64,000 nucleotides of DNA. Source: Acidobacteriota bacterium (lineage in GTDB: Bacteria > Acidobacteriota > UBA6911 > JACQSX01). Under the pieces are notes generated by a model. The model saw nothing but the letters and a program-made list of their open reading frames with translations, was not told the DNA's origin and searched no databases. The stretch lies in contig DASXQR010000083.1 of assembly GCA_036507075.1 (NCBI GenBank), forward strand, positions 96,001 through 160,000, written 5' to 3'. Both the position numbers and the translations under genes were made by a program. Below are positions 40,624-50,482 of the stretch, piece by piece (position 1 is the first letter of the stretch; each line of letters opens with the position of its first letter).

Positions 40624-40673
40624 AACGGGCTACTATGGAGTTTTAGCTGTCGAATGTCGAGGACTCTTCGCTT

Positions 40674-40793
40674 ACTTACGAATGCGGATTTCGGAATGCG
40701 GAATGCGGAATAGGGCGAAAATTTGTTCCCGGCTTAGAAGAATTAAGTTGAACATATTCCGCATTCCGCATTCCGAAATCCGCATTCGTAAGT
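40674..40793. repeat. Perfect 39-bp inverted repeat built of GAATGCG heptamers
   Basis: 40674-40712 is the exact reverse complement of 40755-40793. Confidence 0.88.
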
Positions 40794-40803
40794 GATTTTG
40801 GCG

Positions 40804-41580
40804 TTAAAACTCCACGCGTTCCCCTTCCCTCGCCACGCGCAACTCTTTTTCCTCGTAATCGTCGGAAATGTGGATCGCGCGCAGTTTCCTTCGCACCGTT
40901 TCGGGCAGCGCCAGCAAATCCTTTTCCGAGGTATGCGGACCCGATTCGGTGCTGGTAACTTCGTGATAAATCACATCTGCCTGCCACAGCCATTCGCCCG
41001 CCAGCCTGTCATACTCGTCCGGTGAAATCGACTCCTCCTGCAGCAGGGATTTCAACAACACAGGACGGTAACAAGTATCGCCACTGATACCGATGGTTCG
41101 GCTGGCCGACAGCTTCAGGCCAAGGGTGGGCGTGGGGTGCCAGTTGTGGCGGACCTCGACAGTGAGCCTGCTGTCCAGCCTGGAAGGCTCGCCCGGAACC
41201 AGTTCCTGATAATCGAAATAATCGGCGAAGCCGAGGCGCTCAATGCGCTTTAAATCGCCGGAAAACGTGTCAGCAAAGGAGGGAAAGAATTTTTCTCTCA
41301 ATTCACGGTACACGCGCGCGGAAGTGAACAGACCCAGCCGCACCTTTTGCACATATTTTTTCCACAGCGCCAGCGTTTCCAAACCGGCGACATGGTCGCC
41401 ATGTACATGCGTGCAGATGACACCGGTGATCCTGGCTGGATCAATGCATCGCTCACGCAGAAGCCGCAACAACGCCTGCGGCGCGTCGAGCAGATACCAC
41501 TGTTCGGACCGAATCAGGAAACTGGTATGGAAATGACAAGACGTGAAAGCGTTTCCAATGCCGAGGACTTCAAGTTCCAT
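40804..41580 (-). CDS. MBL-fold hydrolase (RNase Z / phosphodiesterase-like)
   Basis: THVHGDH, SGDT, YHE, HT motifs. Confidence 0.85.
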   Translation of the reverse strand: MELEVLGIGNAFTSCHFHTSFLIRSEQWYLLDAPQALLRLLRERCIDPARITGVICTHVHGDHVAGLETLALWKKYVQKVRLGLFTSARVYRELREKFFPSFADTFSGDLKRIERLGFADYFDYQELVPGEPSRLDSRLTVEVRHNWHPTPTLGLKLSASRTIGISGDTCYRPVLLKSLLQEESISPDEYDRLAGEWLWQADVIYHEVTSTESGPHTSEKDLLALPETVRRKLRAIHISDDYEEKELRVAREGERVEF

Positions 41581-41584
41581 TTTT

Positions 41585-43075
41585 TTACAGCCGGAAGAAT
41601 CGCTGCATTCTCCTCAGGAAATTTTGCTGTACTTCCTTTCGGCTCAGTGCTCTCTCGGCAGCCTGCGCCGATTTCTTGTCCAGAACGTTACGCCGTTCGG
41701 CCACTTCCCGGCTGATTTCTTCGGCAATGGAAGGCTGCAGTAGCAGCACTTCCCTCAATTGGTCTTTGTGCAGCACGTAAGCCTCGACATCGCCTTCAGC
41801 TATGGCGGAGGCGCTGCGGGGCTCGCCGGTGAGCAAAGCCATCTCGCCAAAATATTGGCCTGCGGCAAGCACTGCGATCTCACTTTCTTCATCAGCGCCA
41901 TCCAGTACGATCCGTACGCTTCCACTGCGGATAAAGAACATTGCATCGCCCGGAGTTCCCTGACGGATGATGGTCTCATCTGAACCAAAAGTCTGTCGAT
42001 GCATCGCTTCCGCAATGAGATTTTTCGCGCTTGAATCGAGCGCGTGGAACAGATCCACCTTGTCTACGAACTGCAGACGGTCAGAAACTTCGGGCGGGAG
42101 CGGCGCCGCTTCTTTCCACTGGGTGACGCGCAGGTCCTGGATCGGGTAGGGGATGCTTATTCCGGCCCGCTTCAACCGGTAGTAAAGCAATGTCATAAAT
42201 CTGTCAAGAATCGGCTCCGACTGCGCAAAATTGTCGATCCAAAAACGACAGCGGTAATGAACCGCGAAATCATGGTAATCGATAAGCAGGACGTCCGGCG
42301 GCGGATCTTCCAGAGCTTCCGGTACTTCAGCGATCGTGTCCAAAACGATCTGCTTGACCTGGTTGGGCGGAAACTCATATCCGATACCAACCGTATGTTC
42401 CAGCCGGAGCACGGGTGTGGGCTGCGAGTAATTGACGATCTTGTCCTTGGAAATGAGACTATTTGGGACAATGATGAAATTCCCCGATTTGGTGCGAATC
42501 TTGGTGGCCCTCCACGTAACCTCCAGCACCAGTCCTTCATGCTCGGCCACCCGAATCCAGTCTCCGACGCGAAAGGGCTTCTCCACCTGTATCGCCAAGC
42601 CGGCGAACAGGTTTCCCAGCGTGTCCTGGAGCGCGAAACCGATGATGACGGCGCCCATGGCGGAAGTAGTAAGCAGCCTTTCAGGCCACAGGTATGTTGC
42701 CGTCGCCACGAATGTGGCAATCACAAAAGTGTCTTGAACGATTGCGGGGTATTTTTCAGAAGGGCCGGCGGCCTTGAAGCGGTTAAAAACCAGCGCTACC
42801 AGAGCGTTGATTCCGGCAAGCGTGATCAGCAAGAGCTCGATGCTTTGAATCTTCTCCCGGCGGTTCTCCAGGCTGGAACCGTGAGGCGCTTCCGGGAGAA
42901 ACCACAATCGGAACAGCTGCAAAATGAGGACCACGCTCAACAACAGGAGATTGAGCCGCACTCTTTTTTTGATCAGTGCGTTTCGGGTCGCTCCCTGCAG
43001 AAGGACAAACAGCAGGAGCAGCAAAACCGTGAACGGAACCGCTAGAGGGTAGACGGGGTTTTGTAACCAGGCCAC
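41585..43075 (-). CDS. MscS family channel with C-terminal cNMP-binding domain
   Basis: IGFALQDTLGNLFAG, PFRVGDW; YFGEMALLTGEPRSA. Confidence 0.92.
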   Translation of the reverse strand: MAWLQNPVYPLAVPFTVLLLLLFVLLQGATRNALIKKRVRLNLLLLSVVLILQLFRLWFLPEAPHGSSLENRREKIQSIELLLITLAGINALVALVFNRFKAAGPSEKYPAIVQDTFVIATFVATATYLWPERLLTTSAMGAVIIGFALQDTLGNLFAGLAIQVEKPFRVGDWIRVAEHEGLVLEVTWRATKIRTKSGNFIIVPNSLISKDKIVNYSQPTPVLRLEHTVGIGYEFPPNQVKQIVLDTIAEVPEALEDPPPDVLLIDYHDFAVHYRCRFWIDNFAQSEPILDRFMTLLYYRLKRAGISIPYPIQDLRVTQWKEAAPLPPEVSDRLQFVDKVDLFHALDSSAKNLIAEAMHRQTFGSDETIIRQGTPGDAMFFIRSGSVRIVLDGADEESEIAVLAAGQYFGEMALLTGEPRSASAIAEGDVEAYVLHKDQLREVLLLQPSIAEEISREVAERRNVLDKKSAQAAERALSRKEVQQNFLRRMQRFFRL

Positions 43076-43078
43076 TTT

Positions 43079-44254
43079 TTAATCAGGAAGCTTCCCTGAT
43101 TCCTTGAATTTCTTTACATCGTCCTTGGAAACCGTCACTGAGAGAGCGTTCGGATTCTTGGGCTTGTTGGGATCTTCCGCTCCAGCGCCTTCATTGCCCA
43201 CGCCGCGAGAAGCCCCTGAGCCGGTCACCTGCGCTGTCTGCTTCTTTTCGCTGGAGGCCGTCGGATTTTTCAGCTTCGACAGACTAAAGCGGCTCTTTTT
43301 CGGCTCTTCCTGATTCTCTTGATCCTTTTTCTCAGCGCTCTTGTCATTCTTCTTTTTTTCGTCCGATCCGGCAAGACCCTTTGCTCCCTCCAGGCCGGCG
43401 GCGATATCGGTGGACTTTGCCTCGTACTTGATAAACCGCTTGTAACGCTCCGGCAGCAGGACGGAGGCCTGGCTGTAAAGCTTTTCGGTGGAAATCTGGG
43501 CATTCAATTTGTCGACGCGCTCCTGCGCCTCGGGATGGGACGCCAGGCGACCGGAGCGGGCGGTGTCGCCTTCGCTTTGCGCCTTAAGTGTCTCAAGGAA
43601 TGCGATCAGGCCGGCGGGATCGTAACCGGCCTTGAATGCCAGCCGCAGACCTACCGCGTCTGATTCCAACTCCTGGGACTGGCTGTAGCCGCGGAGCAGT
43701 AAGTCTACGATCTTGTCGACGGCCATGTTTAACAATCTGGGATTCGAGGTCAGATTGACTTCTCCCTGGCCGAACTCCGTGACGTTCATTGTCTGAATGG
43801 CATTTATCGAGTGTTTCTGCGTGATGTGAGCAATTTCGTGACCTAGGACCCCTGCCAGTTCGGCTTCATTTTTCATAGAAGCAAGGGCGCCTCGCGTGAT
43901 GTGAATAAACCCGCCCGGCGCCGCAAAGGCGTTTACAGCCGAGGTGTCCAGGATGATGAACGTGTAGGGCAGGGCAGGGCGGCTTCCCTTCTCCGCCACC
44001 ACCGAGCCGACCAGTGTTACATAACGAGTAGGATCGGAGTCCTGTTGCACGCCGAATTTTTCACGAATCTTCTGACTTACGGCTTTTCCCAGCGTAAGCT
44101 CTTCTTCTTCGGAAACCTGGAGTCCCTTTATCTTCTGGGCTTTGTTTCCAGCCTTGTCGATCGCGCCCTTTATTTTTCCAAGGCCCCCAAACTGCGCCTG
44201 GGCCGGACAGACTAAAAGGACGAAAAGCAGCGCAGATATCCAAGTACCTCTCAT
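43079..44254 (-). CDS. Secreted M48 family metallopeptidase
   Basis: NAFAAPGG, HEIAH, ELESD, SHP...R; signal peptide. Confidence 0.9.
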   Translation of the reverse strand: MRGTWISALLFVLLVCPAQAQFGGLGKIKGAIDKAGNKAQKIKGLQVSEEEELTLGKAVSQKIREKFGVQQDSDPTRYVTLVGSVVAEKGSRPALPYTFIILDTSAVNAFAAPGGFIHITRGALASMKNEAELAGVLGHEIAHITQKHSINAIQTMNVTEFGQGEVNLTSNPRLLNMAVDKIVDLLLRGYSQSQELESDAVGLRLAFKAGYDPAGLIAFLETLKAQSEGDTARSGRLASHPEAQERVDKLNAQISTEKLYSQASVLLPERYKRFIKYEAKSTDIAAGLEGAKGLAGSDEKKKNDKSAEKKDQENQEEPKKSRFSLSKLKNPTASSEKKQTAQVTGSGASRGVGNEGAGAEDPNKPKNPNALSVTVSKDDVKKFKESGKLPD

Positions 44255-44359
44255 ACGGGATCCTCCGGCAAAAAAAGAATAGGGTGGACACATTGTAACA
44301 GATCCAAGCTTCTCCCTTCTCGCCCTTTCCTGTTAACATGAGAAAATTCCTCTGAGCTC

Positions 44360-45337
44360 ATGGCCTTAGATTTGCAAAAGCTTTCCATTCAGGAGATCCG
44401 CGAGCGCTTCCTCGACGGCAACAAGCCGGTGTCCGGCCAGGTGCTCGCCAAGCTGCAGAAAGATTCGCGTGAGGGAGTTCGTTCAATCTATCGAATGCTG
44501 GAGAAACGTCGCCGCCAGCACAGGCGCGAACAGATTCGGATGAAGTCCCTGCTCTACTTTGAAGAGGTCCTCTGGAATTCCGGAATACAGTACATCGCGG
44601 GCGTCGACGAAGTGGGAATCGGCCCGCTGGCGGGACCGGTTGTGGCCGCCGCAGTGATTTTCCCCCCGCACACATTCGTCGAGGGCGTAAACGATTCAAA
44701 AAAACTGGATCCCCGGCAGCGCGAAGTTTTGCGGGACCAAATCCTGCAGCGCTGTCTGGCTCATTCCATCGCGGTGGTGGATGTGGAGGAAGTCGACCAG
44801 CTCAACGTCTATCACGCCGGACTGGAAGGAATGCGCCGGGCCATCGAGATGCTCAGCCCGGGACCGCAGCACGTGCTGGTGGACGCGAGAGAAATTCCGA
44901 AGCTTCCCGTCGCGCAAAACAAATTCGACAAGGGTGACGGAATTAATTTCTCGATCGCCGCTGCCAGCATTCTCGCCAAAACACATCGTGACGCCCTGAT
45001 GGACCAACTGCATGAACTTTATCCACAATACGGCTTCGACAGTCACAGGGGTTATTCCACCAAGCAACACCAGAGCGCGCTGAAGGAGTACGGGCCCAGT
45101 CCAATCCACCGGAGATCCTTCCCTTTCGTGAGAGAGGTGTGCGGAAAGTTCAGCGAGGTCTTCTACGGGCTCAAGTCCGAGCTCTATTCCGCAGGTTCGC
45201 CCGAGTTGCTGAAGCAGACCGAGGAACGGTTTCTATCAATGCAGGCGGACTTGACGGAGTACGAGATTCGCAAGCTTCGACTCTGCTGCAAGAGACTATG
45301 GGCCTCAACGGCTCAAGCTCGAAAGGCCAAGGTCTGA
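44360..45337 (+). CDS. rnhB: Ribonuclease HII with N- and C-terminal extensions
   Basis: GVDEVG.GPLAGPV, DSKKL, KGD..SIAAASILAK, HRRSF. Confidence 0.93.
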   Translation: MALDLQKLSIQEIRERFLDGNKPVSGQVLAKLQKDSREGVRSIYRMLEKRRRQHRREQIRMKSLLYFEEVLWNSGIQYIAGVDEVGIGPLAGPVVAAAVIFPPHTFVEGVNDSKKLDPRQREVLRDQILQRCLAHSIAVVDVEEVDQLNVYHAGLEGMRRAIEMLSPGPQHVLVDAREIPKLPVAQNKFDKGDGINFSIAAASILAKTHRDALMDQLHELYPQYGFDSHRGYSTKQHQSALKEYGPSPIHRRSFPFVREVCGKFSEVFYGLKSELYSAGSPELLKQTEERFLSMQADLTEYEIRKLRLCCKRLWASTAQARKAKV

Positions 45338-45341
45338 AAGT

Positions 45342-45576
45342 CCGCGACCACGGCCCGGATTATTTAAGAAAACCTAACCGCCAAGAACGCCAAGAACGCC
45401 AAGAGGGCGCCAAGGACGGGGGCTGAAACTTGAAGTATGAAAGTTATCAATCGTGTCAAGCGCATGCGTGGTGCCTTCATACTTCAAGTTTCAGGCCCCC
45501 GTCCTTGGCGCCTTTCTTAGCGCTCTTAGCGTTCTTGGGGTTAAGTTTTCTTGAGTAATCCGGGCCGTGGTCGCGG
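45342..45576. mobile_element. Long palindromic MITE-like element, copy 2
   Basis: CCGCGACCACGGCCCGGATTA ... TAATCCGGGCCGTGGTCGCGG; internal GGACGGGGGCTGAAACTTGAAG shared with copy 1. Confidence 0.7.
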
Positions 45577-45580
45577 TACT

Positions 45581-46549
45581 TTACTTGGCGGCGGCGGCCG
45601 CAGGTTCTTCATAGACCCCGGCGTACAGATCGTGGGAGAGATACCGCTCGCCCAGGTCCGGCAACACGGCCACCAGGCGCTTTCCTGGACCCAAATCGCG
45701 GCTCACCTTAAGCGCTGCCCAGACAATCGCGCCCGAAGAAATGCCCACGAAAATCCCTTCTTCCCTGGCAAGGCGTCGTGCGACATCCCGCGCGTCCTCG
45801 TAATGAACCTGAATGATCTGATCGATCACTTTCACATTTAATACGGACGGGATAAAACCCGCTCCCATACCCTGGATTTTGTGAGGGCCGGGTTTGCATC
45901 CGGAAAGAACCGCCGATTCGACAGGTTCCACGGCGACAATTTTGATTCCCGGAATCTTCTGCTTCAGGACCTCGCCGGCTCCCGTAACCGTCCCACCCGT
46001 GCCGACACCGGATACCAGCGCGTCAAGGCGGCCTTCGGTGGCCTCCAGAATTTCAATTGCGGTGGTGCGGCGGTGCACTTCGGGGTTAGCAGGATTGTCA
46101 AACTGCTGGGGCATGAACGAATTGGGCGTTCTGCCAAGAATCTCTTCGGCTTTTCGAATCGAGCCCCTCATCCCTTCCGAACCCGGCGTTAAAACGATTT
46201 CAGCTCCCAGAGCGGCCAGCACACGGCGTCTTTCAATCGTCATCGTGTCGGGCATGGTCAAGATAAGATGGTATCCCATCACAGCGGCGGCCATGGCCAG
46301 GCCGATTCCGGTGTTGCCGCTGGTAGGCTCCACGATAGTGGTTCTGCCCGGGCGAATTCTCCCTTCACGCTCGGCTGCCTGCAGCATCGCGGCGCCGATC
46401 CGGTCTTTTACGCTCCACATTGGATTGAACGATTCCAGTTTGACCAGAATTTCGGCTCCTTCCGGCTCGATGACCCGATTCAACCGGACCAAAGGGGTGT
46501 AACCAATCAATTCCAGGATGTTGTTAGCAAGTAAGGGGCGCTGGAGCAT
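45581..46549 (-). CDS. cysK: Cysteine synthase A
   Basis: SVKDRIG, EPTSGNTG, QQFDNPAN, GVGTGGT, GERYLS; start moved to MLQRP. Confidence 0.93.
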   Translation of the reverse strand: MLQRPLLANNILELIGYTPLVRLNRVIEPEGAEILVKLESFNPMWSVKDRIGAAMLQAAEREGRIRPGRTTIVEPTSGNTGIGLAMAAAVMGYHLILTMPDTMTIERRRVLAALGAEIVLTPGSEGMRGSIRKAEEILGRTPNSFMPQQFDNPANPEVHRRTTAIEILEATEGRLDALVSGVGTGGTVTGAGEVLKQKIPGIKIVAVEPVESAVLSGCKPGPHKIQGMGAGFIPSVLNVKVIDQIIQVHYEDARDVARRLAREEGIFVGISSGAIVWAALKVSRDLGPGKRLVAVLPDLGERYLSHDLYAGVYEEPAAAAAK

Positions 46550-46625
46550 TCTGTGCCTCGTTTTGAAAGTAGGTTCGCTGGAATTCTGAGTGAGCCGATC
46601 AAGGTCTGTCAAGTTGAGGTTTGTG

Positions 46626-46790
46626 CACGAATTTAGAACACGAATTACACGAATTACACGAATTACACGAATCTTCTTAAATGACTTCTGAAATTCGTGG
46701 GAACTCGTAGAAATTCGTGCAAATTCGTGTAAATTCGTGTAAATTCGTGTTTCAAATTCGTGTTTCAAATTCGTGTTTGTAAATTCGTGC
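46626..46790. repeat. Converging ACACGAATT / AAATTCGTG arrays
   Basis: ACACGAATT about 4 times, then AAATTCGTG about 8 times. Confidence 0.85.
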
Positions 46791-46796
46791 TTAATA

Positions 46797-47837
46797 ATGC
46801 GCAGAAAGATTTGCTGGCTTTGGGTGTGCGCCATACTGGTTGCCTCGGGTCACTCGCAAAGCGGTTCTGATCAGAATCCGACCCGGGTGATCAAAGCTGA
46901 GATCCAGCCGCCCGTCAACATTCGCTCGACCGTTGATCTTGTGCTTGCCGACACTCTGGTGCTGGATCGCATCAAAGGCACGCCGGTGGGCGGCCTGACC
47001 GTAGACGACTTTGTTCTCTATGAAAACGGCGTGGGTCAGCAGATCAGTTATTTCAGCCAGGACCAACTGCCTCTCTCCCTTCTGCTGCTGGTCGATCGCG
47101 GAGGCTGCCTCGACCCTTTCAACGACCAGGTGCGTGAAGCGATCCGCGCCATCCTCCGCGGATTAAAGCCACAGGATAGAATCGGGCTGATGGCTTTTTC
47201 CGACCATCCGAAACTGGTGCTGGGCTTGACTTCCAACCAGTCAGCCGTCGCCGACGCCTTGGGTCGCATGCCGAAGCATGAATCGTTTGGCGGGCATTGC
47301 TTCAACCGGGCTCTTACCGAAGCCGCCCAATATCTCCGGGATTCTTCAAAGTCGGACGCTCGCCGCCTGATTGTCGTCATCACGGCGCAGAGAACAGGCC
47401 TTTGCAACAGCGGACCTTCGGCCCGAGACGTTTCCCGCATGCTGATGGAATCGAGCGTGATGGTCTTTGGAATTCTGCCTCGTACCCCGGCGCAGCAGTT
47501 AGAGAGCGGAATGTACGGGGTGGCCACTTCATTGCGTGGAGCGTTGAGAATCGGAAGCCTTGTGAACCTCTCCCGGATTGCGCAGGAAACGGGAGGTGAA
47601 ATCTTCAACGACCCGCCCGAAGAACTGGCGCATTCCTTTGCGGAACTGACGCTTCACCTTCGAACACGTTACACTCTTGGTTTCGTCCCTTCCAACCGGC
47701 GCCGCGACGGAGGTTTTCGCAAATTAAAAGTCCAACTGTCTGCACCTGGCGAGACGCGGGCTGGGAAAGTCAGGATCCAGGCCCGCCGCGGTTACTTCGC
47801 GCCGCGCGAAGAAGCCGTGACCATGAACGGCAGGTAA
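46797..47837 (+). CDS. Acidobacterial-type VWA domain protein (degenerate MIDAS)
   Basis: V.GL...DF.LYENG..Q.I..F, A.ETGG, Y.LGF.P, R.GY; DRGGC in place of DxSxS. Confidence 0.8.
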   Translation: MRRKICWLWVCAILVASGHSQSGSDQNPTRVIKAEIQPPVNIRSTVDLVLADTLVLDRIKGTPVGGLTVDDFVLYENGVGQQISYFSQDQLPLSLLLLVDRGGCLDPFNDQVREAIRAILRGLKPQDRIGLMAFSDHPKLVLGLTSNQSAVADALGRMPKHESFGGHCFNRALTEAAQYLRDSSKSDARRLIVVITAQRTGLCNSGPSARDVSRMLMESSVMVFGILPRTPAQQLESGMYGVATSLRGALRIGSLVNLSRIAQETGGEIFNDPPEELAHSFAELTLHLRTRYTLGFVPSNRRRDGGFRKLKVQLSAPGETRAGKVRIQARRGYFAPREEAVTMNGR

Positions 47838-47911
47838 AATCAGCCCCGAGCGTCGAATTGTGCCGCCTTCGGCCTCTGGCCATTTGGGCAACGGCGTCGC
47901 GATACGCCCCG

Positions 47912-48406
47912 CTATTTGCCTCCCCGAGGCCGAGATGGCGGCCCGGGTGGCTGCCAGAGCAGAGGGCTGGGCTTTGACTGCTCGATGCTCCCCGCGGGGC
48001 GAAGACGGCGCGCGCTCCTGGACGGCGCTCTCCTCCTGCTTGTTCGGGCCCTATCTTTTTTCCGTTCTACTTTGTCCTCATCGCGCACGGAATTTTTTTT
48101 CGGATCTGGACGACGAGGGATTCCAACCAGCGCCTGTTTTGTAACCGGGACCTCGAGCCGCCCTTCGACCGCCGTCTCCGGCTGCGGGGGCTGCCAGTGC
48201 GTCGTGTAGGAAACGCGCGCCCGGCGCAGTTCCGGCAGTGAGGCATTGGAGTATTTTCGCGCGGATTGCTTCTGCGGATCTGTCTTTTTTGCCAGCTCCA
48301 CGATGCTGACCAGCGCCTGCGCCGGATCTTCCTTTTGAACGGCAAACCCTTGGGAATACAGTCCGCCCGTGAGCAGCAGATAACAAAGTGAATTCAGCGT
48401 CTTCAT
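47912..48406 (-). CDS. Secreted hypothetical protein, Arg/Pro-rich tail
   Basis: AGGAGGT RBS and signal peptide. Confidence 0.5.
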   Translation of the reverse strand: MKTLNSLCYLLLTGGLYSQGFAVQKEDPAQALVSIVELAKKTDPQKQSARKYSNASLPELRRARVSYTTHWQPPQPETAVEGRLEVPVTKQALVGIPRRPDPKKNSVRDEDKVERKKDRARTSRRRAPSRSARRLRPAGSIEQSKPSPLLWQPPGPPSRPRGGK

Positions 48407-48481
48407 CGCGCTCACCTCCTTTCGATGGGACATAACCGGCCTGCCGCCGATTCCACGAAAAAAAGTTACAATAGCCGTCGC

Positions 48482-50482
48482 ATGGAACGATTCAAGAAAG
48501 CCCTGAAACGGCTTTCCCTGCCCCTTCTGGCGCTTGCCTGCCTGGCGGTGAGCTGGATTTCGGTGCGCGTCGTGGTCCCAAATCTGGAGTTAAAAACGGT
48601 CGACTATCGTTTTCGACTGCTGGGCCGCCAGCCGACCGCATCGCCGGATATTGTGCTGGTCGACATTGATGAACTGAGCATCCAGACGCTGGAACCGCAG
48701 GTGGGCCGCTGGCCCTGGTCCCGTGATGTGCATGCCGAACTGCTGCGCTTTCTGCGCCGCGCGCGGGCAAAGATCGTGATTTTTGATGTCCTGTTCACCG
48801 AGGGTGACATTGACCATCCGGAGCGGGATCGGGAACTGGCCGGCGACACTGCAAAATCGGGGAATGTGATTCATGCCGTCGCGCTTGTTAACCAGAAGCT
48901 TGAAGAGCCGGATCGCGGCCTGCTTGCAAAGCACTCCATTCCCGCCGTGGGACGATTTGAAAAATTCGAGCAGGCCGAGCTTCCAATAAAACCAATCGCG
49001 CAAAACGCGCGCGGCCTGGGACACGTCGCCATGACACTGGATGCCGACGGCCCCTGGCGTCGAAACCTGCTGCTGGCGGGCTGCAGGGATCGGTTGGTTC
49101 CTTCTCTTGGGCTGGCCGCCTGCCTGGCGCTGCAGAACCTGGATGTGCGTTCCATCGGCATCGAGGATCGGCATCTCATCGCCGGCTCCGTCCGCGCGCC
49201 GCTGGATGAGAACGGGCAGATGACGATCTGGTTCAACGGCGGTCCCTACGTCACCTACCGGCTTTATTCGTACAAGGATGTCTTCCTTTCACAGCTCCAA
49301 CTGGAGAATCACGAGCGGCCGTTCCTCGATCCCCGGAAATTCGAGAACAAAATCGTAATCGTCGGAGCCACGGCACAAGGACTGCACGACACGTTCGCCA
49401 GTCCCTATAGCGGCACGGCGCGTGACGAAAAGCTTCTGGAATCGGGAAAGAAGATCGGCCTGGGCAACATGTCCGGGATGGAGGTTCACGCCAACGTCAT
49501 TGATGATCTGTTGCACAACCGTTATCTACGCAGCCTTCCAAACTGGCTCACCTGGACAATCGTGGTCGCCGGCGCGACAGCGGTCCTGGCCTTGATCTAT
49601 TTCACCCCTCTGTGGGTGGCGGTCGCGGCGGCGCTTTTGATGATGGCGGCTTACCTGCCTCTGGCGCAGTTTGCCTTTTCCCATCACTGGCAACTGCCGG
49701 TGGTGCCGGTGATTCTTGGCTGGACACTCTCGGTAGTTTGCGGATTTGGTTACCAGTACTGGATCGAAGGCGCCGAGCGGCGCAAAGTGGCGCAAATCTT
49801 TTCGCGTTACGTCTCCCCAAGCGTATACCGGCATCTGCTCGACGATCCCTCGGCGGTGGAACTGGGAGGAAAGCGGCAGGTGATCACCGTGCTGTTTTCC
49901 GATATCCGCGGCTTCACACACATCGCCGAAAAATTGCAGCCCGAGGAAATGATTGCGCAATTGAACGAATATTTCTCGGCGATGGTGGAGATCGTGTTCC
50001 AGCACGAGGGGACCATAGACAAGTTCGTGGGCGACATGATCATGGCACTGTTCAACACGCCGATGCCGGATCCCGATCACCCCGACCACGCGGTCCAGTG
50101 CGCCATCGCAATGCATCGAAAACTGGAAACTATGAACGTCTTGTGGGAAAGCCAGGGAAGGCCCCAATTTCACTGCGGTGTGGGCATCAACACCGGTGAA
50201 ATGGTGGCAGGTAATCTGGGCACGGAGAAAATACAGGGATTCACCGTCATCGGCGACAATGTAAACCTTGGCTCGCGGCTGGAATCGAAATGCAAGGACT
50301 ACCAGGCCGATATCATCATCAGCGAGTTCACGCGCGCGGCTCTCAAACACTCCTACCCGATGCAGGAGCTGGGCGATGTGGTGGTAAAAGGAAAATCCAA
50401 GCCGGTGAAAATATTCCAGATCTTTCACAGCCCCGCCACAACTTCCGGCGCGGTGCCCTCCCGGGAAAGCGCCGCGTCATGA
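48482..50482 (+). CDS. CHASE2-domain class III adenylate cyclase
   Basis: VDIDE.S, GRWPWSR, GMEVHAN, three TM helices; FSDIRGFT, DKFVGD, TVIGDNVNLGSRLE. Confidence 0.93.
   Translation: MERFKKALKRLSLPLLALACLAVSWISVRVVVPNLELKTVDYRFRLLGRQPTASPDIVLVDIDELSIQTLEPQVGRWPWSRDVHAELLRFLRRARAKIVIFDVLFTEGDIDHPERDRELAGDTAKSGNVIHAVALVNQKLEEPDRGLLAKHSIPAVGRFEKFEQAELPIKPIAQNARGLGHVAMTLDADGPWRRNLLLAGCRDRLVPSLGLAACLALQNLDVRSIGIEDRHLIAGSVRAPLDENGQMTIWFNGGPYVTYRLYSYKDVFLSQLQLENHERPFLDPRKFENKIVIVGATAQGLHDTFASPYSGTARDEKLLESGKKIGLGNMSGMEVHANVIDDLLHNRYLRSLPNWLTWTIVVAGATAVLALIYFTPLWVAVAAALLMMAAYLPLAQFAFSHHWQLPVVPVILGWTLSVVCGFGYQYWIEGAERRKVAQIFSRYVSPSVYRHLLDDPSAVELGGKRQVITVLFSDIRGFTHIAEKLQPEEMIAQLNEYFSAMVEIVFQHEGTIDKFVGDMIMALFNTPMPDPDHPDHAVQCAIAMHRKLETMNVLWESQGRPQFHCGVGINTGEMVAGNLGTEKIQGFTVIGDNVNLGSRLESKCKDYQADIIISEFTRAALKHSYPMQELGDVVVKGKSKPVKIFQIFHSPATTSGAVPSRESAAS

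Noticed and set aside
46550..46834. N-terminal extension of CysK in the ORF track (likewise Hsp20 to 23907, IscS from 21499, CoxM to 33766, DUF1385 to 58730)
   Set aside because: These are read-through into repeats or neighbouring genes; better starts exist downstream
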